64,000 bases of DNA from Octopus sinensis (lineage: Eukaryota), in NCBI RefSeq assembly GCF_006345805.1, contig NC_043018.1:9486001-9550000 (forward strand), written 5' to 3'. How positions within the stretch are numbered: position 1 is the stretch's first letter; each line of letters starts with the position of its first letter. The translations under genes were made by a program, and so were the position numbers. Under the pieces are notes generated by a model that saw only the letters and a program-made list of their open reading frames with translations, was not told the DNA's origin and ran no database searches. Below, piece after piece: positions 50,490 to 62,895 of the stretch.

Positions 50490-50966
50490 AGAGAGAGAGA
50501 GGGGGGAGCAAATTAAAAAGGGTGGTTTATTGGCAGTTAGAACCTAAAGGCAAAATTAGTAGGGGTCACACCTGTGACAGGGGGTACTGGCTAGCACTGC
50601 TTTTGCTTAAAATAAGAATTAAAACAAATCAAAAACCACAAAAGCATTGTCTTAATGACTGACAAAGGGGGGGGGGGTAAGTCACCAGCGTATAGTCGGA
50701 TCGCGATTTCGGATTTTGATGCAATCCATCTTAATCCCCATCAGCGACTCTTAACGCCTATGGTTAAACTCAACTAAGAAAAACTGTTGAAGACGTTCTG
50801 ATTTTCGGAACGGTAAAAGTGTAAACAATAAATTTAAGAGTGACTTATTAGCAATTTAGAACCTAAAGACAAAATTAACAGAGGTCACAAAAGGTACTGG
50901 CTAGCATATATACATATATATATGTGTGTGCGTGTGTGTATATATATATATATATGTGTGTGTGTG

Positions 50967-51023
<57 letters not shown>

Positions 51024-51038
51024 GTGCGTGTGTGTATG

Positions 51039-51087
<49 letters not shown>

Positions 51088-51278
51088 ATATATATGTATA
51101 TCCTCGCGTTGTTGTCTTTTTGTTTTCTTGTTTGGATTAACTTTATATATATATATATTTTGTTATATTTCGGAATGGTCATTTTGCCAGTTAAGCCAAT
51201 AAAAACACACGCACTATATATTTGGTGTTATTTTGCTTCAGTGTTATTTATTTTTTACATTAATCTTAATCTTATTTC

Positions 51279-51323
51279 GGCCAGAGTTCTTTCGTCACAC
51301 TCCTGTGACCGCATCAGTGGTCC
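51279..51323 (-). ncRNA. Hammerhead-like variant
   Basis: GGACCA CTGATGC g GTCAC-aggagt-GTGAC GAAA gaac TC TGGCC; the conserved A9 is C. Confidence 0.35.
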
Positions 51324-52088
51324 TTTGTTTTCTTCTTTCTTATTTGTGTCTCTCCTTACTAACCGTCAGCCATTTTGTATTTCTATTGTATGTCTTCATT
51401 TGCGCATGCTTATATCTCTATGTGCGTTTATGTTTATTTAGTGTGTGTATGTGGGGGGATGCCTGTAATATTTGTATCTTCTGTTTATATATATACACCG
51501 AGTGTTAATGTGGTTTTACAAAGAAAGAGATTAATCTTTCCAGGGATGTCTTACATCCTAGCTTCCTCCGGTTTATCCATATATCGGTGAAATTACTGGG
51601 ATTTGTCTTCTTACGTCAGTATTAGTGGTTGATTGACACCTGTACTATACACATTTTGGAGTTCCAGTTGTCCGTATAGATGTTTCCATCTGATTCGATA
51701 TATATGAATATAAATTTGGTTGTATAGTATAAAGAAAATGGAGTTTGAATTGATTTTGCTGTATTCAAACTCCCCGTTTTCTTTATATTATATATATATT
51801 GGCGTAGGAGTGGCTGTGTGGTAAGTAGCTTGCTTACCAACCACATGGTTCCAGGTTCAGTCCCACTGTGTGACACCTTGGGCAAGTGTCTTCTACTGCA
51901 GCTTCGGGCCGACCGAAGCCTTGTGAGTGGATTTGGTAGACGGAAACTGAAAGAAGCCCGTCGTATATATGTATATATATATATTGTATTTCATGTTCCC
52001 GTTTTCCATGTTGTGTACGTTTCTTGACGTCCTGTACCCTTATATGAATGTGTATATACATATATAAGTATGTTCATGTATGTATATA

Positions 52089-52131
<43 letters not shown>

Positions 52132-52167
52132 TACATTATATATATATATATATTATATATTATTTAC

Positions 52168-52218
<51 letters not shown>

Positions 52219-52303
52219 AGAGTTTACGAAAGAAACAAAAGACGAAGACAGGTGCTGTACAAAACAAACAGATGTATTAGTATAACGCTCGGGAATAGAT
52301 AGT

Positions 52304-52339
52304 CTTTTACGTTTCGAGCCTACGCTCTTCTACAGAAAG
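52304..52339 (-). ncRNA. Minimal (dimer-type) hammerhead-like variant in a short repeat (~52215-52375) flanked by (TA)n
   Basis: CTTT CTGTAGA a GAGC-gtag-GCTC GAAAC GTA AAAG; stem III reduced to palindrome ACGT. Confidence 0.5.
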
Positions 52340-52680
52340 GGACACAGAAAAAAACAAAGAGAGAAAAATATATATAAATATATATATGTTTGTGTTTGTC
52401 CCTTCACCATCGCTTGACAACCGATGGTGGTGTGTTTACGTCCCCGTAACCTAGCGGTTTCGGCAAAAGACACCGATAAAATAAGTATTAGGCTTACAAA
52501 AAAAAATCAGTTCTGGGATCGATTTGTTCGCCTAAAGGCGGTGCTGCAGCATGGCCACAGTCAAATAAAAGAATAAAAGAATTTCCTTCCCTGAGCGTCT
52601 GTTAATACCCTGCTTCTACCCCGTCCTCGCGTTGTTGTTTTTTTCTTGTTTGTGCTTCGTTTTTTTATTATTATCATTAT

Positions 52681-52721
<41 letters not shown>

Positions 52722-53285
52722 ATACATACAGACACATACTGAAAAGAAATTATACATATGTATTCTGAGCAACCACTATTATAACCCACCACCATCACTA
52801 CCCCCATCGCGACCACATCCACCACCATCACGACTGTTGTTTTTATTTTATACTTCGCCCTTTTTCTACTGTCCTCCCCGCTGAACGCCACACTAAACAT
52901 CTTGATTCACCCCTTGAGACACATAAAACGCACCACTCGATACATTTGTGTCCCCCATTTTGAAATGACACGGCTACTTTAAACATGAAACGTCCTCCTC
53001 TTTTCCTTGAATTTATCAACAGGACACAATATATTAAATATACAACTTCCTTTTCAAGAGAAATATCAAAAGCTATGTATTTATTTATTTATTTATTAGG
53101 TGCGAGCGAGGCAAGGTGGTTGTTAAGAATGTCGCTTTGTAACCATGTGGGTCTCTGGTTCAGTCCCATATCGTATCATCTGGTGTGTCTTCTACGGAAA
53201 TTGTGAGCCTGTTGTATAGATATATCTTTAATTCTCCCTCCTTTTTTATTTTTTATCTCCGCTTTAGCGAAGGTGGAGGTATTGT

Positions 53286-53490
53286 GGATCTTTTCCCTTT
53301 GATCGGCAGATTTTCAAAATGATTTCTTTGTAACTAAACACTTTTAAACTGCGTATACTGGTAGAATGTGTTACGTAAAACATCTTTTTCTCTTGGCTTT
53401 CTTGAGAAAATTCTGTAGTTTGTAAGCTATTTGTTGTTTAATTTCTTGCATTTCGGCAATTTCAACCAATCAATGACGTCTATTGAGGTG
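53286..53490. mobile_element. One end of the GGATC MITE family, fused to a SINE 3' fragment (53500-53690)
   Basis: GGATCTTTTCCCTTTGATCGGCA start; downstream CGTCACTGGTGCCAAGCTGTATCGGC...CCGAAGGG is a different repeat (family F). Confidence 0.7.
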
Positions 53491-53699
53491 AACACAATAT
53501 CTCCGGTTCTTCGTCACTGGTGCCAAGCTGTATCGGCTTTTGCCTTTCCCCTGAGTAACATCGGTGAGGTGGAGAGGGGAGGGTGGTGTGCATGGTTGAC
53601 CGCTGGTCTTCCGTAAATAACCTTGTCCGGACTTGTGCCTCGGAGGGTAACTTTCTAAATGCAATCCTGTTGTCATTCAAAACCGAAGGGGGTATTTTG

Positions 53700-53800
53700 A
53701 TTCTCTGTCTGATGAATTTTTAAGAGATGTCTTACATGCTTTCTCTACACGTAAACCTTTGTAACTCCTCTTACGAAATGAAACACGTGTAATGGTGAAT
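53700..53800 (+). ncRNA. Type I hammerhead-like motif with long stem II
   Basis: CTGATGA 53709-53715; stem II ATTTTTAAGAG / CTCTTACGAAAT (11 pairs, one bulge); GAAAC-ACGT-GTA 53780-53791; imperfect stem I ATTCTCTGT / ATGGTGAAT. Confidence 0.5.
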
Positions 53801-53931
53801 ATATAATGTCTAAAAAAATTTCAATCTCTTGTTTTGCTATGTAATTACTCGCCAAAAACTATTTTCTGTTATTTTTCAGCTCTTACGCATTCCTCATGCA
53901 AATATATCATAACAACATCTACATACATATA

Positions 53932-54331
53932 GGCGCAGACGTGGCTGTGTGGTAAGAAGCTTGCTTCCCACCCACATGATTCCGGGTTCAGTCCCACTAT
54001 GTGGCACCTTGGGCAAGTGTCTTCTACTTATAGCCACAGGCCAACCAAAGCCTTGTGAGTGGATTTGGTAGACGGAAACTGAAACAGAAAGAAGCCCTCG
54101 TATATGTATACATATCTGTGTGTGTGGGGGGGGGGGGTGCGCGCGCGTATGTGTTTGTTCCTCCGCCATCGCTTGACAACCGATGTTGGAGTGTTTACGT
54201 CTCCGTAACTTAGCGGTTCGGCATAAAAAGCAAAGAAAGTCCTGGGGTCGATTTCTTTCACTGAAACCTTTTAAGGCGGTGCTCCAGCATGGCCGCTGTC
54301 AAATGACTGAAACAAATAAAAGAATAAGAGA
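53932..54331 (+). mobile_element. Family B SINE, near full length
   Basis: GGCGCAG..TGGCTGTGTGGTAAG head through GACTGAAACAAATAAAAG tail. Confidence 0.9.
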
Positions 54332-54888
54332 ATACAATTTTGGTGTACAGGAATAAGCTGATGTGCTCCTTGCGGATGCAGCTTGGATTATGGCCCTAAC
54401 TACAGACTAAGAAAATATTGAATATATGTTTCGATTTTTATATCTTGCTGATTTCAGTCGCTTATAAAAGGCTGATTTAGTCATGGTGGGAAATAAAGTG
54501 AAATAAATAATATTGGACTAATCTCTCATGATATCAGTTCTGAATGTCGTACCAGATGGCTGGCTTCTCATTGTTGATAGGCCGCAATACAAACGCGCGC
54601 TCGCGTTTGTTATGCCATCACCGCGCTCGACAACCGGTGCTGGTTTATTTACGTTCCCGTCACTTAGTGATCCGACAAAAACAAGAGCGACAGAATAAGT
54701 ACAAAACTTCGAAGAAGGACAAGTATTGGAGTCTGGAGAGGGTCATAGTGCCCTAATATAACACACGCGCCGTTTCAATTTCCACTCATTTATTTATTTA
54801 ACTAGGAAGCTTTTTTCGTCGCCGCTTGGATTTTGACTGATTATTGAAGCTAGCTTTCTGGAATAAATAAATAAATAAGTGGAAATTG

Positions 54889-55090
54889 GGATCTTTTCCT
54901 TTGATTTTAACCATCGATTGGTTAAAATTCGAAAAATTAAACTACGTTAAACTTACAAATTACAATTTTCTCAAGAAAGCCAAGAGAAAAAAATGTTTTA
55001 TTTTGACACATTCTACCAGAATACGAAGTTTAAAAGTGTTTAGTTAACTAGAAATTGTGTTGAAAACTGCCGTTCAAAAGGAAGAGATCC
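54889..55090. mobile_element. Short (202-bp) member of the GGATC MITE family with 8-bp TSD
   Basis: GGATCTTTTCC ... GGAAGAGATCC; flanks GGAAATTG (54881-54888) / GAAAATTG (55091-55098). Confidence 0.85.
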
Positions 55091-55326
55091 GAAAATTGAA
55101 CCGATGAGTGTGTTATATTAAGGCACTATGACCCTCCCCATATACAACAAAGTCTGTTTCAACACACGAATTCACATAAGGAATCTTGCAAAGCAGATAT
55201 AAAAACGAGGTATTGGAGTCGATTTTGATCTAAGTTTTCAAGGCGGTGCTCAAGTATGGCCGTTTCCCACTGACTGCAACACGTAAAGACACTTTTTATT
55301 CCCCAATCCCCGTTTTCTTTGAATTT

Positions 55327-55732
55327 CGTACAGGAGTGGCTGTGTGGTAATTAGCTTGCTTACCAACCACATGGTTCCGGGTTCAGTCCCACTGCGTGGC
55401 ACCTTGGGCAAGTGTCTTCTGCTATAGCTCCGGGCCGACCAAAGCCTTGTGAGTGGATTTGATAGACGGAAACTGAAAGAAGCCTGTCGTATATATGTAT
55501 ATATATATGTGTGCGTGTATGTTTGTGTGTCTGTGTTTGTCTCCCTAGCATTGCTTGACAACCGATGCTGGTGTGTTTATGTCCCCCGTCACTTAGCGGT
55601 TCGGCAAAAGAGACCGATAGAATAAGTACTAGCCTTACAAAGAATAAGTCCTGGGGGTCGATTTGCTCGACTAAAGGCGGTGCTCTAGCATGGCCGCAGT
55701 CAAATGACTGAAACAAGTAAAAGAGTAAAGAG
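55327..55732 (+). mobile_element. Family B tRNA-derived SINE, best-preserved copy (about 20 further copies or fragments in the window)
   Basis: A-box-like TGGCTGTGTGGTAA, B-box-like GGTTCAGTCCC, CORE-like CACCTTGGGCAAGTGTCTT, internal (TA)/(GT) microsatellite, tail GAAACAAGTAAAAGAG. Confidence 0.9.
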
Positions 55733-56697
55733 TATATTTTCTCTCCCTTTCTCGTTTCGTTTCCTCCTCTTTGCCCGTCCCACCCCCGCTAAGCAACGCC
55801 ACCATCGCCATCACCATTCTCATCTCTGACACGCACACCTACACACACACAGCTCCCCTTTGTCCCCCATTTCGTGTTTCTCCACCCAGAAACTGGTTTT
55901 TCTTTCAATGCTGAATGACTGCAACGAGCTAAACTAATTTTCAACAGTTGAATTATTAGTAAAAACTTGTCAGCTGGTTGTCGTTGGTGGCTGGTGGAAG
56001 TGATGGGGGGCCTGACACTTCTTCCTCTTCAGTATAATAATAGTTATTGTTCTTTTTTTTCTTCAGTCTACTTCTTCTTCTTCTTCTTCCTCCTCTTCGT
56101 CTTCTTCGTCTTCCTCCTTTTTCTTCTTCTTCCTCCTCTTCTTCGTCTTCTTTTTCTTCTTCTTCCTCCTCTTCTTCGTCTTCTTTTTCTTCTTCTTCGC
56201 CTTCCTCTTCTTTTTCTTCTTCTCCCTCCTCTTCTTCGTCTTCCTCCTCCTCTTCTTCTTCTTCTGCCGCTTCGTCTTCTTCTTCTATTTGTTCGTTGCC
56301 TGGTTTGTTTACCTTTGCACTACCGGTGCATTTCTCCGTCTGTTGGTCGGTCAGTTTTTAGCACAGAGAGAGAGAGAAAGAGAGAGAAAGAGAAAGAAAG
56401 AGTTTACAGGGAGAGAAACACGCACCCACGGAGTGAAAGGCCAGTCCGTTCACCACCAACACACTGGCATGCCGGTTTTATATATACATCGTAATACTTG
56501 AATAGTACACACACACACACACCGACAGACAGATACAACCACAGTCACATACACACGCACACGGACACACCAGCAGATAGACACACAGACAGCGAGATAG
56601 ATAGACTCAGAGAGACAAATACAGAGATATAGATAGATAGAAAGAGAGATGAAGTGAAAGAATGATAAACACACACACACACACACATAGAGACTGG

Positions 56698-56739
<42 letters not shown>

Positions 56740-57967
56740 GATAGATAGGAAAATAGGGAGAGACGGAGAGAGAAAGGAAGCGGGACACACACACACACAC
56801 ACAAGCACACCCACAATCAAGACGGTTCGCATGCGTACACACACATGCAAGCAGAGGGAGAGAGAGAGAGAGAAACACCCACTCAAATACACACACACAC
56901 ACATACGCAGACAACCACGCGCTTCAACACAGTTACTTTATCAACAGAGAGAGAGAGAGAGAGAGAGAGAGCCGGCAATGAGAGAAAGACAGAAAAAGAA
57001 AGAAAGGGTGAAAAAGAGAGAGTGAGAGAGACAGAGAAACTAGCCAAGATCGAGAGAGAGAGACCAGCAGAAAGAGAAAGAAAGAGAGCAGTTGAGAGAG
57101 AAAACCGGTAGCGAGAGAGAGAGAGAGAGACAGGCAGAAACTAGCCAAGATCGAGAGAGAGAGAGAGAGAGAGTGTGTGTGTGTGTGTGTGTGAGAAAGA
57201 GAGAGAGGGACAGACAGAAACTAGGCAAGATCGAGAGAGAGAGAGAGAGAAGAGCAGAAAGAGACCAGTTGAGAGAGAAAAACCGACAGAGAGAGAGAGA
57301 AACAGAGAGATAGAGAAAGACAGAAAGAGAGAGAGAGAGAAATACATTTACGTATACATCTATACACACCTCCCAAACAGAACGAATCAGACAGACACAC
57401 ACACACACATTACCGGCAGAAAGAGAAAAAGTGAGAAAGCGAGAGAGGGAGTGACAGAAAGAGAAAGAGACACAAATACATACATATATCTACATACATA
57501 CACCTCCCAATCAGGACGGTTCACACACACACCTTACCGGCGGTGAGAAATGAAAAAGTGTAACATAGAGAAAGAGGAGGGGAATAGGAAGAGAAGAAAG
57601 CTAGAAAGAGAGAGAGAGAAGCAGGAAGATAGATAGTGAGGGAAAGAGAGAGAGAGAGAGAGATAATAAGATAGTCGGAGATAACCCTGCTGCTCCGTTT
57701 TGTCTCTCTCTGTCTCTATACATTGATTCCTCCAACACAGTTTTTCTCTCTACCCAACCACTTCAATTACGCATGTGCAGTCACTCAGAACATCTCCAGC
57801 ACATCTCAAACACAATAAAGCAATATATAGCAGAAATATAATATAAATACACAGAGTACCCTCCTTTCCTCGGTCTTCTTTCAAACCATCTTCTTCACCT
57901 CGAGCCATGGGATATATTATCGACTGTACACGCTAAAAGGTATATATATATATATAATATATTAACA

Positions 57968-58042
57968 ATGAGCACATCTACAGAGTCTAGGGGTGCTTTT
58001 TCGGACGTGGATACCTTTTACCAGGCCGTTAAAAGAACACAG
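57968..58042 (+). CDS. Candidate first coding exon of an unidentified host gene (MSTSTESRGAFSDVDTFYQAVKRTQ)
   Basis: ACAATGA start context, 25 open codons ending exactly at a consensus donor CAG|GTGAGT (phase 0), in non-repetitive sequence. Confidence 0.4.
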
Positions 58043-58319
58043 GTGAGTGCTTCCTACCTCAACTCTAATTAATGCGTGTGTGTGTGTGTTTGTATACAGT
58101 GGAAACCACGTTTGCTATTTTTATGTTTATAAATCGAGGTGATGTTTAATGGGTTTTCATCTGTTAACAATGAACGTACCTTCGAGTTTTAGGTTATCTT
58201 TTAAACCGTATCGTATCTTGGGTTAATGCGTGTGTGTGTGTGTGTGGTTTCCTGATGGTATATTGTATTTATACACAATTGTTGATATTGCTTTCTCTTC
58301 CACATGTATATCTGTCTAC

Positions 58320-58515
58320 CTGTCTATCTTCACACCTCTCTATCTATCTATCTACCTATCTATCTGTCTGCCTATTTACCCGTCTGTCTATCTACCCGTC
58401 TATTTATTGATCTATCTACCCGTCTATCTATCTACCCATCTGTCTATCTACCCGTCTGTCTATCTATCTACCCCTTTATCTATCTATCTACCCGTCTATC
58501 TATCTATCTACCCCT

Positions 58516-58574
<59 letters not shown>

Positions 58575-58610
58575 CCTACCCATCTATCTACACCTTTATC
58601 TATCTATCTA
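58320..58610. repeat. (TCTA)n/(TCTACCC) compound microsatellite
   Basis: Direct reading. Confidence 0.9.
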
Positions 58611-59532
58611 TGTGTGTGTGTATTATGTGTGAATTGTGTATGTATGTGTATATATGTAGGTGTATATTGCGTATGTCGTCGTGTGTGTATTGTAGCTATC
58701 TATTTCTCTATATATGTGTGTGTATACATCACTATAAACGTGTGTGCGCGTGCGTAGTGTGTATGCGTGTGTGTGATTAATGTTTACCTTTTACCTTTAA
58801 ATACTTCCATGGCCTACCTGACCTTTTAATCTCGCTATTCTCCTAAATAACAAGATTTTTAGTCATAAATTCACAACGGTGATTCGAATGTAGAGCAACA
58901 CCTCACCTTTCGCTCTTCCAGCCACCAATCTTAAAAAGCCTTTTTACCTACTTCATTTTCTTTTGTTAATTACAATAAGGAATGACTAATTATCATCATC
59001 ATCATCATTATTTTTAATTAATAACAATAATACCAATAGTACATTTAGTAATAATTATTGGATTCGAATACATCGCATTTATCTAAAATTAGACGAGTAT
59101 CTCGGGTGGATGTGTAATTTTTATTCGTTTTTCCCATCGTTTTGTAATTTTTCCATTCGATCGTGCGATGTGTGGGACTTCGAAGGACACCCATTCGAAA
59201 ACTCCGCTGCATGTTCAAGGGTTGGTCGTTAAATTTTACAATCGAGTTTCTAAATGAATGTTTTTCTTTTAGTTTTTTGTTTGTTTTGTTTTGTTTTGTA
59301 CCCTCACCTCAACAGTTCTGATAATAAGGGGTTAACTCTGAACCGATCACTTCAACAGGCTCCCCCTTCCCATTGTATGTGTGTGTGTGTGTGTGTGTGT
59401 TTGTATGCGTGTGTGTATATGTATATATACACACATATATATATATATCTTTTACTTGTTTTTATAATGTGTGTGTATGTTATATATATATGTATGCGTG
59501 TGTGTATATGTATCTTTCTGCGTGTATATATA

Positions 59533-59575
<43 letters not shown>

Positions 59576-59721
59576 ACACACATACATATATATATCTTTT
59601 ACTTGTTTTTTATATATATGTGTGTGTGTATGTATATGTATCTTTCTGCGTGTGTGTATATATATATATATATATTATATATATACATACACACATACAT
59701 ATATATATATCTTGTTTTTTA

Positions 59722-59769
<48 letters not shown>

Positions 59770-60380
59770 TATTTATAAACTATATGAACGTTTAGGCTTG
59801 CTAGTTTTAAGGGTGGAGACAAAGAGAGGACCGACCTGTCGTTGAATATTTCACAATATAAACAAACAGACAAAAAAAAATCACCAAATAACAACAACAA
59901 CAACAGCAAAAGGTGATTAAAAGAACCAGTTTTTAATGCTGAGAAAGAGAGGAATATCTTCAGCTTAACAAGTTGTATTTTTATTACCTGCACAAACAGC
60001 CAAGTCAGTAGTCAGTCAGATATTTGCACGTCGTCGTGGTCGTCGCCGTATCTATCTCTCTCTCTCTCTCCCTCGACTTAACACTATTCGCCCGGCTTCT
60101 GTTCCTGTTGCAGCTTTGAAACCCCCGGTGACAGTCACATGCGATGCGTCATCCTTTCTCTCACCCGCCTCCTCTCCCTTCTCCTATTTATGTGTGTCTA
60201 AGTGCGTGTGTTTGTGTGTGTGTGTGTGTGTTTATGCTTGTATGTGTGTGTGTGTGTGTGTGTGTTTATGCTTGTATGTGTGTGTGTGTCTAAGTGTTCG
60301 TCTGTGTTTATGTTTATATGCGTGTCTGGGTATATTTTTGTTTGTGTATGTATGTATGTATTTTGCCCGTGTGGGGTAAA

Positions 60381-60620
60381 CAGTATTCCCACGACTATCG
60401 CCGGTGATATACGTTCTAAAACTCCCCGCGATAGGGGAAAATCCGCGAAGTAGAAACAGTACTGTATTGTATATTTTTTTCAATTATTTCTATAATTTGT
60501 ATATATTTATTTTATCATAAATGCAAAAACAACACCACGAAGGACTCGACGTAAGCCTAAATAATAAACCGCGATAGGTGAACCGCGATAGATGAACCGC
60601 GATATGGTGAGGGGTTACTG
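60381..60620. mobile_element. Tigger/pogo-like MITE
   Basis: TIRs CAGTATTCCCACGACTATCGC / GCGATATGGTGAGGGGTTACTG followed by TA; three subterminal AACCGCGATA motifs. Confidence 0.7.
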
Positions 60621-61300
60621 TATTTCTGTGTGTGTATATATGTATTTGTGTGAATGTGTTTGTGTGTGCATATATGTGCGGTATGTTTGTGTGTGTAGGT
60701 ATGTTTCTGTGTGTGTGTGTGTGTGTGTGTGTTTGATTGCCTGTGCCTGTGTGTCTGGGTGTGTTTATATGCGTGTCTGGGTATATTTTTCTGTGTGAGT
60801 GTATGTGTGTGTTGCATGTGTGGGTATGTTTCTCTGTGAGTGCTTATATGTGTATGGGTATGTTTGTGTGTGTACATTTGTGTCACTGTTATCTGTGTGG
60901 GTATATTTCTCTGAGTGTGTGTGTGAGAGAGAGCTAGGAGACAACACACCTATCGCTTCATTTTATGTCACTTTTTTTTTTCTTTTCAATTCAACTCATT
61001 GATAAAATTAGATTTCGATGACCTCTTTAAATATTTACTCCTCTTTCAGATAATTCTAATAAAAATATATATATAAATTTCGATTTGTGATATATATATA
61101 TATATATATATAATATATATATATATATATTATATATATGATATGAATTCTCTCCCTCTCTCTTTATATATATATATATGCATGCGTGTGTGTGTATAAT
61201 ATATGCATGTATATTGTGAGTGAACCGAACTGGTCTGCTTTGTTGGAAAGTTGCAGGAATTGGAATTCGTCTGCTAGAAAAAAAGCGAAAGAGAAGAGGG

Positions 61301-61560
61301 CAGATAGACAGACTGAAAGAGAAGAGGGAGAGGGTGTAGATAGACAGATTGAAAGAGGAGAGAGAGGGGAAGAGGGTGTAGATAGACAGACTGAAAGAGA
61401 AGAGAGAGGGGGAGAGGGTGTAGATAGACAGACAGAAAAAGAAGAGAGAGCGGGAGAGGGTGTAGATAGACAGACTGAAAGAGGAGAGGGGGAGAGGGTG
61501 TAGATGTGTAGATAGACAGACTGAAAGGGAGAGGGGGGCAGATAGACAGACTGAAAGACA
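61301..61560. repeat. Purine-rich minisatellite, ~40-bp unit AGATAGACAGACTGAAAG..GAGAGGGTGT, about six copies
   Basis: Direct reading. Confidence 0.85.
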
Positions 61561-62604
61561 GAGTAAGACCGACAGGCAAACAGAATGAGAGAGAGAGAGA
61601 GAGAGAATCCGAATAGGAACCGTTTAACTTTATCTGTCAATGTGTGTATATATTCCTGAATATATTACAATTTTATACACATTCACAAATCTACACTCGT
61701 ACACACGTACACCACAAAACCATACACACACGTGTATAAGATCGATGTCTGTGAGTTCTGCTTACATGCTCTAGATCAGATTCTGTTTTAGTGCAGTCCA
61801 CTCCAACCCAATAATCGAAACTGTTACAGCCGTGATCATCCCGCCTTTTTATATCTATCCCACCCACCTCTTCCTGTTTAACAATGAAACTACGTCGTTG
61901 TCTCATGGGTCGGTCTCAAAAGGCAAGCAAACGTTTTACGTCAGTTTGAGGGAGATTTCTGTTACTATCTCCAGCAAGGTGCAAGCCGTACCGTAGGGCC
62001 ATTTTCTTACTATCTCTCTGGCTCAGAAACTATTAGTGATTAAATTGTTATTGGTATTATTATTATTTATCTTTGTCTTCAACATGATATATAACTTGAT
62101 AATTAGTTCATATTGATCTCACCTGAATAGCAACCACACCTGTCATCTTAACAAACTGTCTCTCGGCCTCACTTCGGTGTGTGTGTGTGTGTGTGTGTGC
62201 CGAAGTAAGTGAAACAAGGTGGGGAAAAAAATGAGTACTCAGTGTGCGTAGGAGTGGCTGTGTGGTAAGTGGCTTGCTTACCAATCACATGGTTCCGGGT
62301 TCAGTCCCACTGCTTGGCATCTTGGGCAAGTGTCTTCTACTATGTGTGTGTATGTGTGTGCATATATTTGTGTTTGTCCCCCCCCCAACATCGCTTGACA
62401 ACCGATGGTGGTGTATTTACGTTCCCATAGCTTAGCGGTTCGGCAAAAATGGACCGATAGAATAAGTACTAGGCTTACAAAGAATAAGTCCTGGGGTCGA
62501 TTTGCTCGACTAAAGGCGGTGCTCCAGCATGGCCGCAGTCAAGTGACTGAAACAAGTAAAAGAGATAATAGAGAAAAAAATATACCAGAGGTAGAGTGAA
62601 TATG

Positions 62605-62848
62605 CTTTATTTAAAAGCAGCAGAAATATCACAAAAACTGTTGCTCAGAGTTTCGCGTGTCCGTTCGTCGGACAGTTTTGTTATTCGGGTGAAGTCAATA
62701 TAAACTGACTAATTATCAAATTATCCTGTTGAAGACAAAGGTAAATACTACTAATAATGATACCGCTAATAACAAAACTGTCCGACGAACGGGAACGCGA
62801 AACTCCGAGTAACAGTTTTTGTGATATTTCTGCTGCTTTTAAATAAAG
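62605..62848. repeat. 81-bp inverted repeat pair (62605-62685 / 62768-62848), 82-bp spacer
   Basis: Arms are reverse complements with about five mismatches. Confidence 0.9.
62774..62819 (+). ncRNA. Type I hammerhead-like motif with CCGACGA core (mutated mirror copy 62634-62679, minus)
   Basis: Stem I AAAACTGT/ACAGTTTT (8 bp perfect); core CCGACGA; stem II ACG-GGAA-CGC; GAAAC-TCCGA-GTA, predicted cut after 62811. Confidence 0.6.
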
Positions 62849-62854
62849 TGTGTG

Positions 62855-62895
<41 letters not shown>

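Noticed and set aside
55327-55400. tRNA gene-like A/B boxes (also family C and G heads)
   Set aside because: No complete cloverleaf; they continue into SINE bodies.
56300-56490. Minus-strand TATA (TATATAAAA) and AAG|GTAAAC donor as a divergent first exon
   Set aside because: No initiator at the expected distance and TA-rich motifs are ubiquitous here; unsupported without RNA data.
61691-61906. Minus ORF with GCNSFDYW..C, reminiscent of a PAN/apple loop
   Set aside because: The other cysteines are absent, a stop lies three codons upstream, and it is the in-register antisense of an open plus frame.
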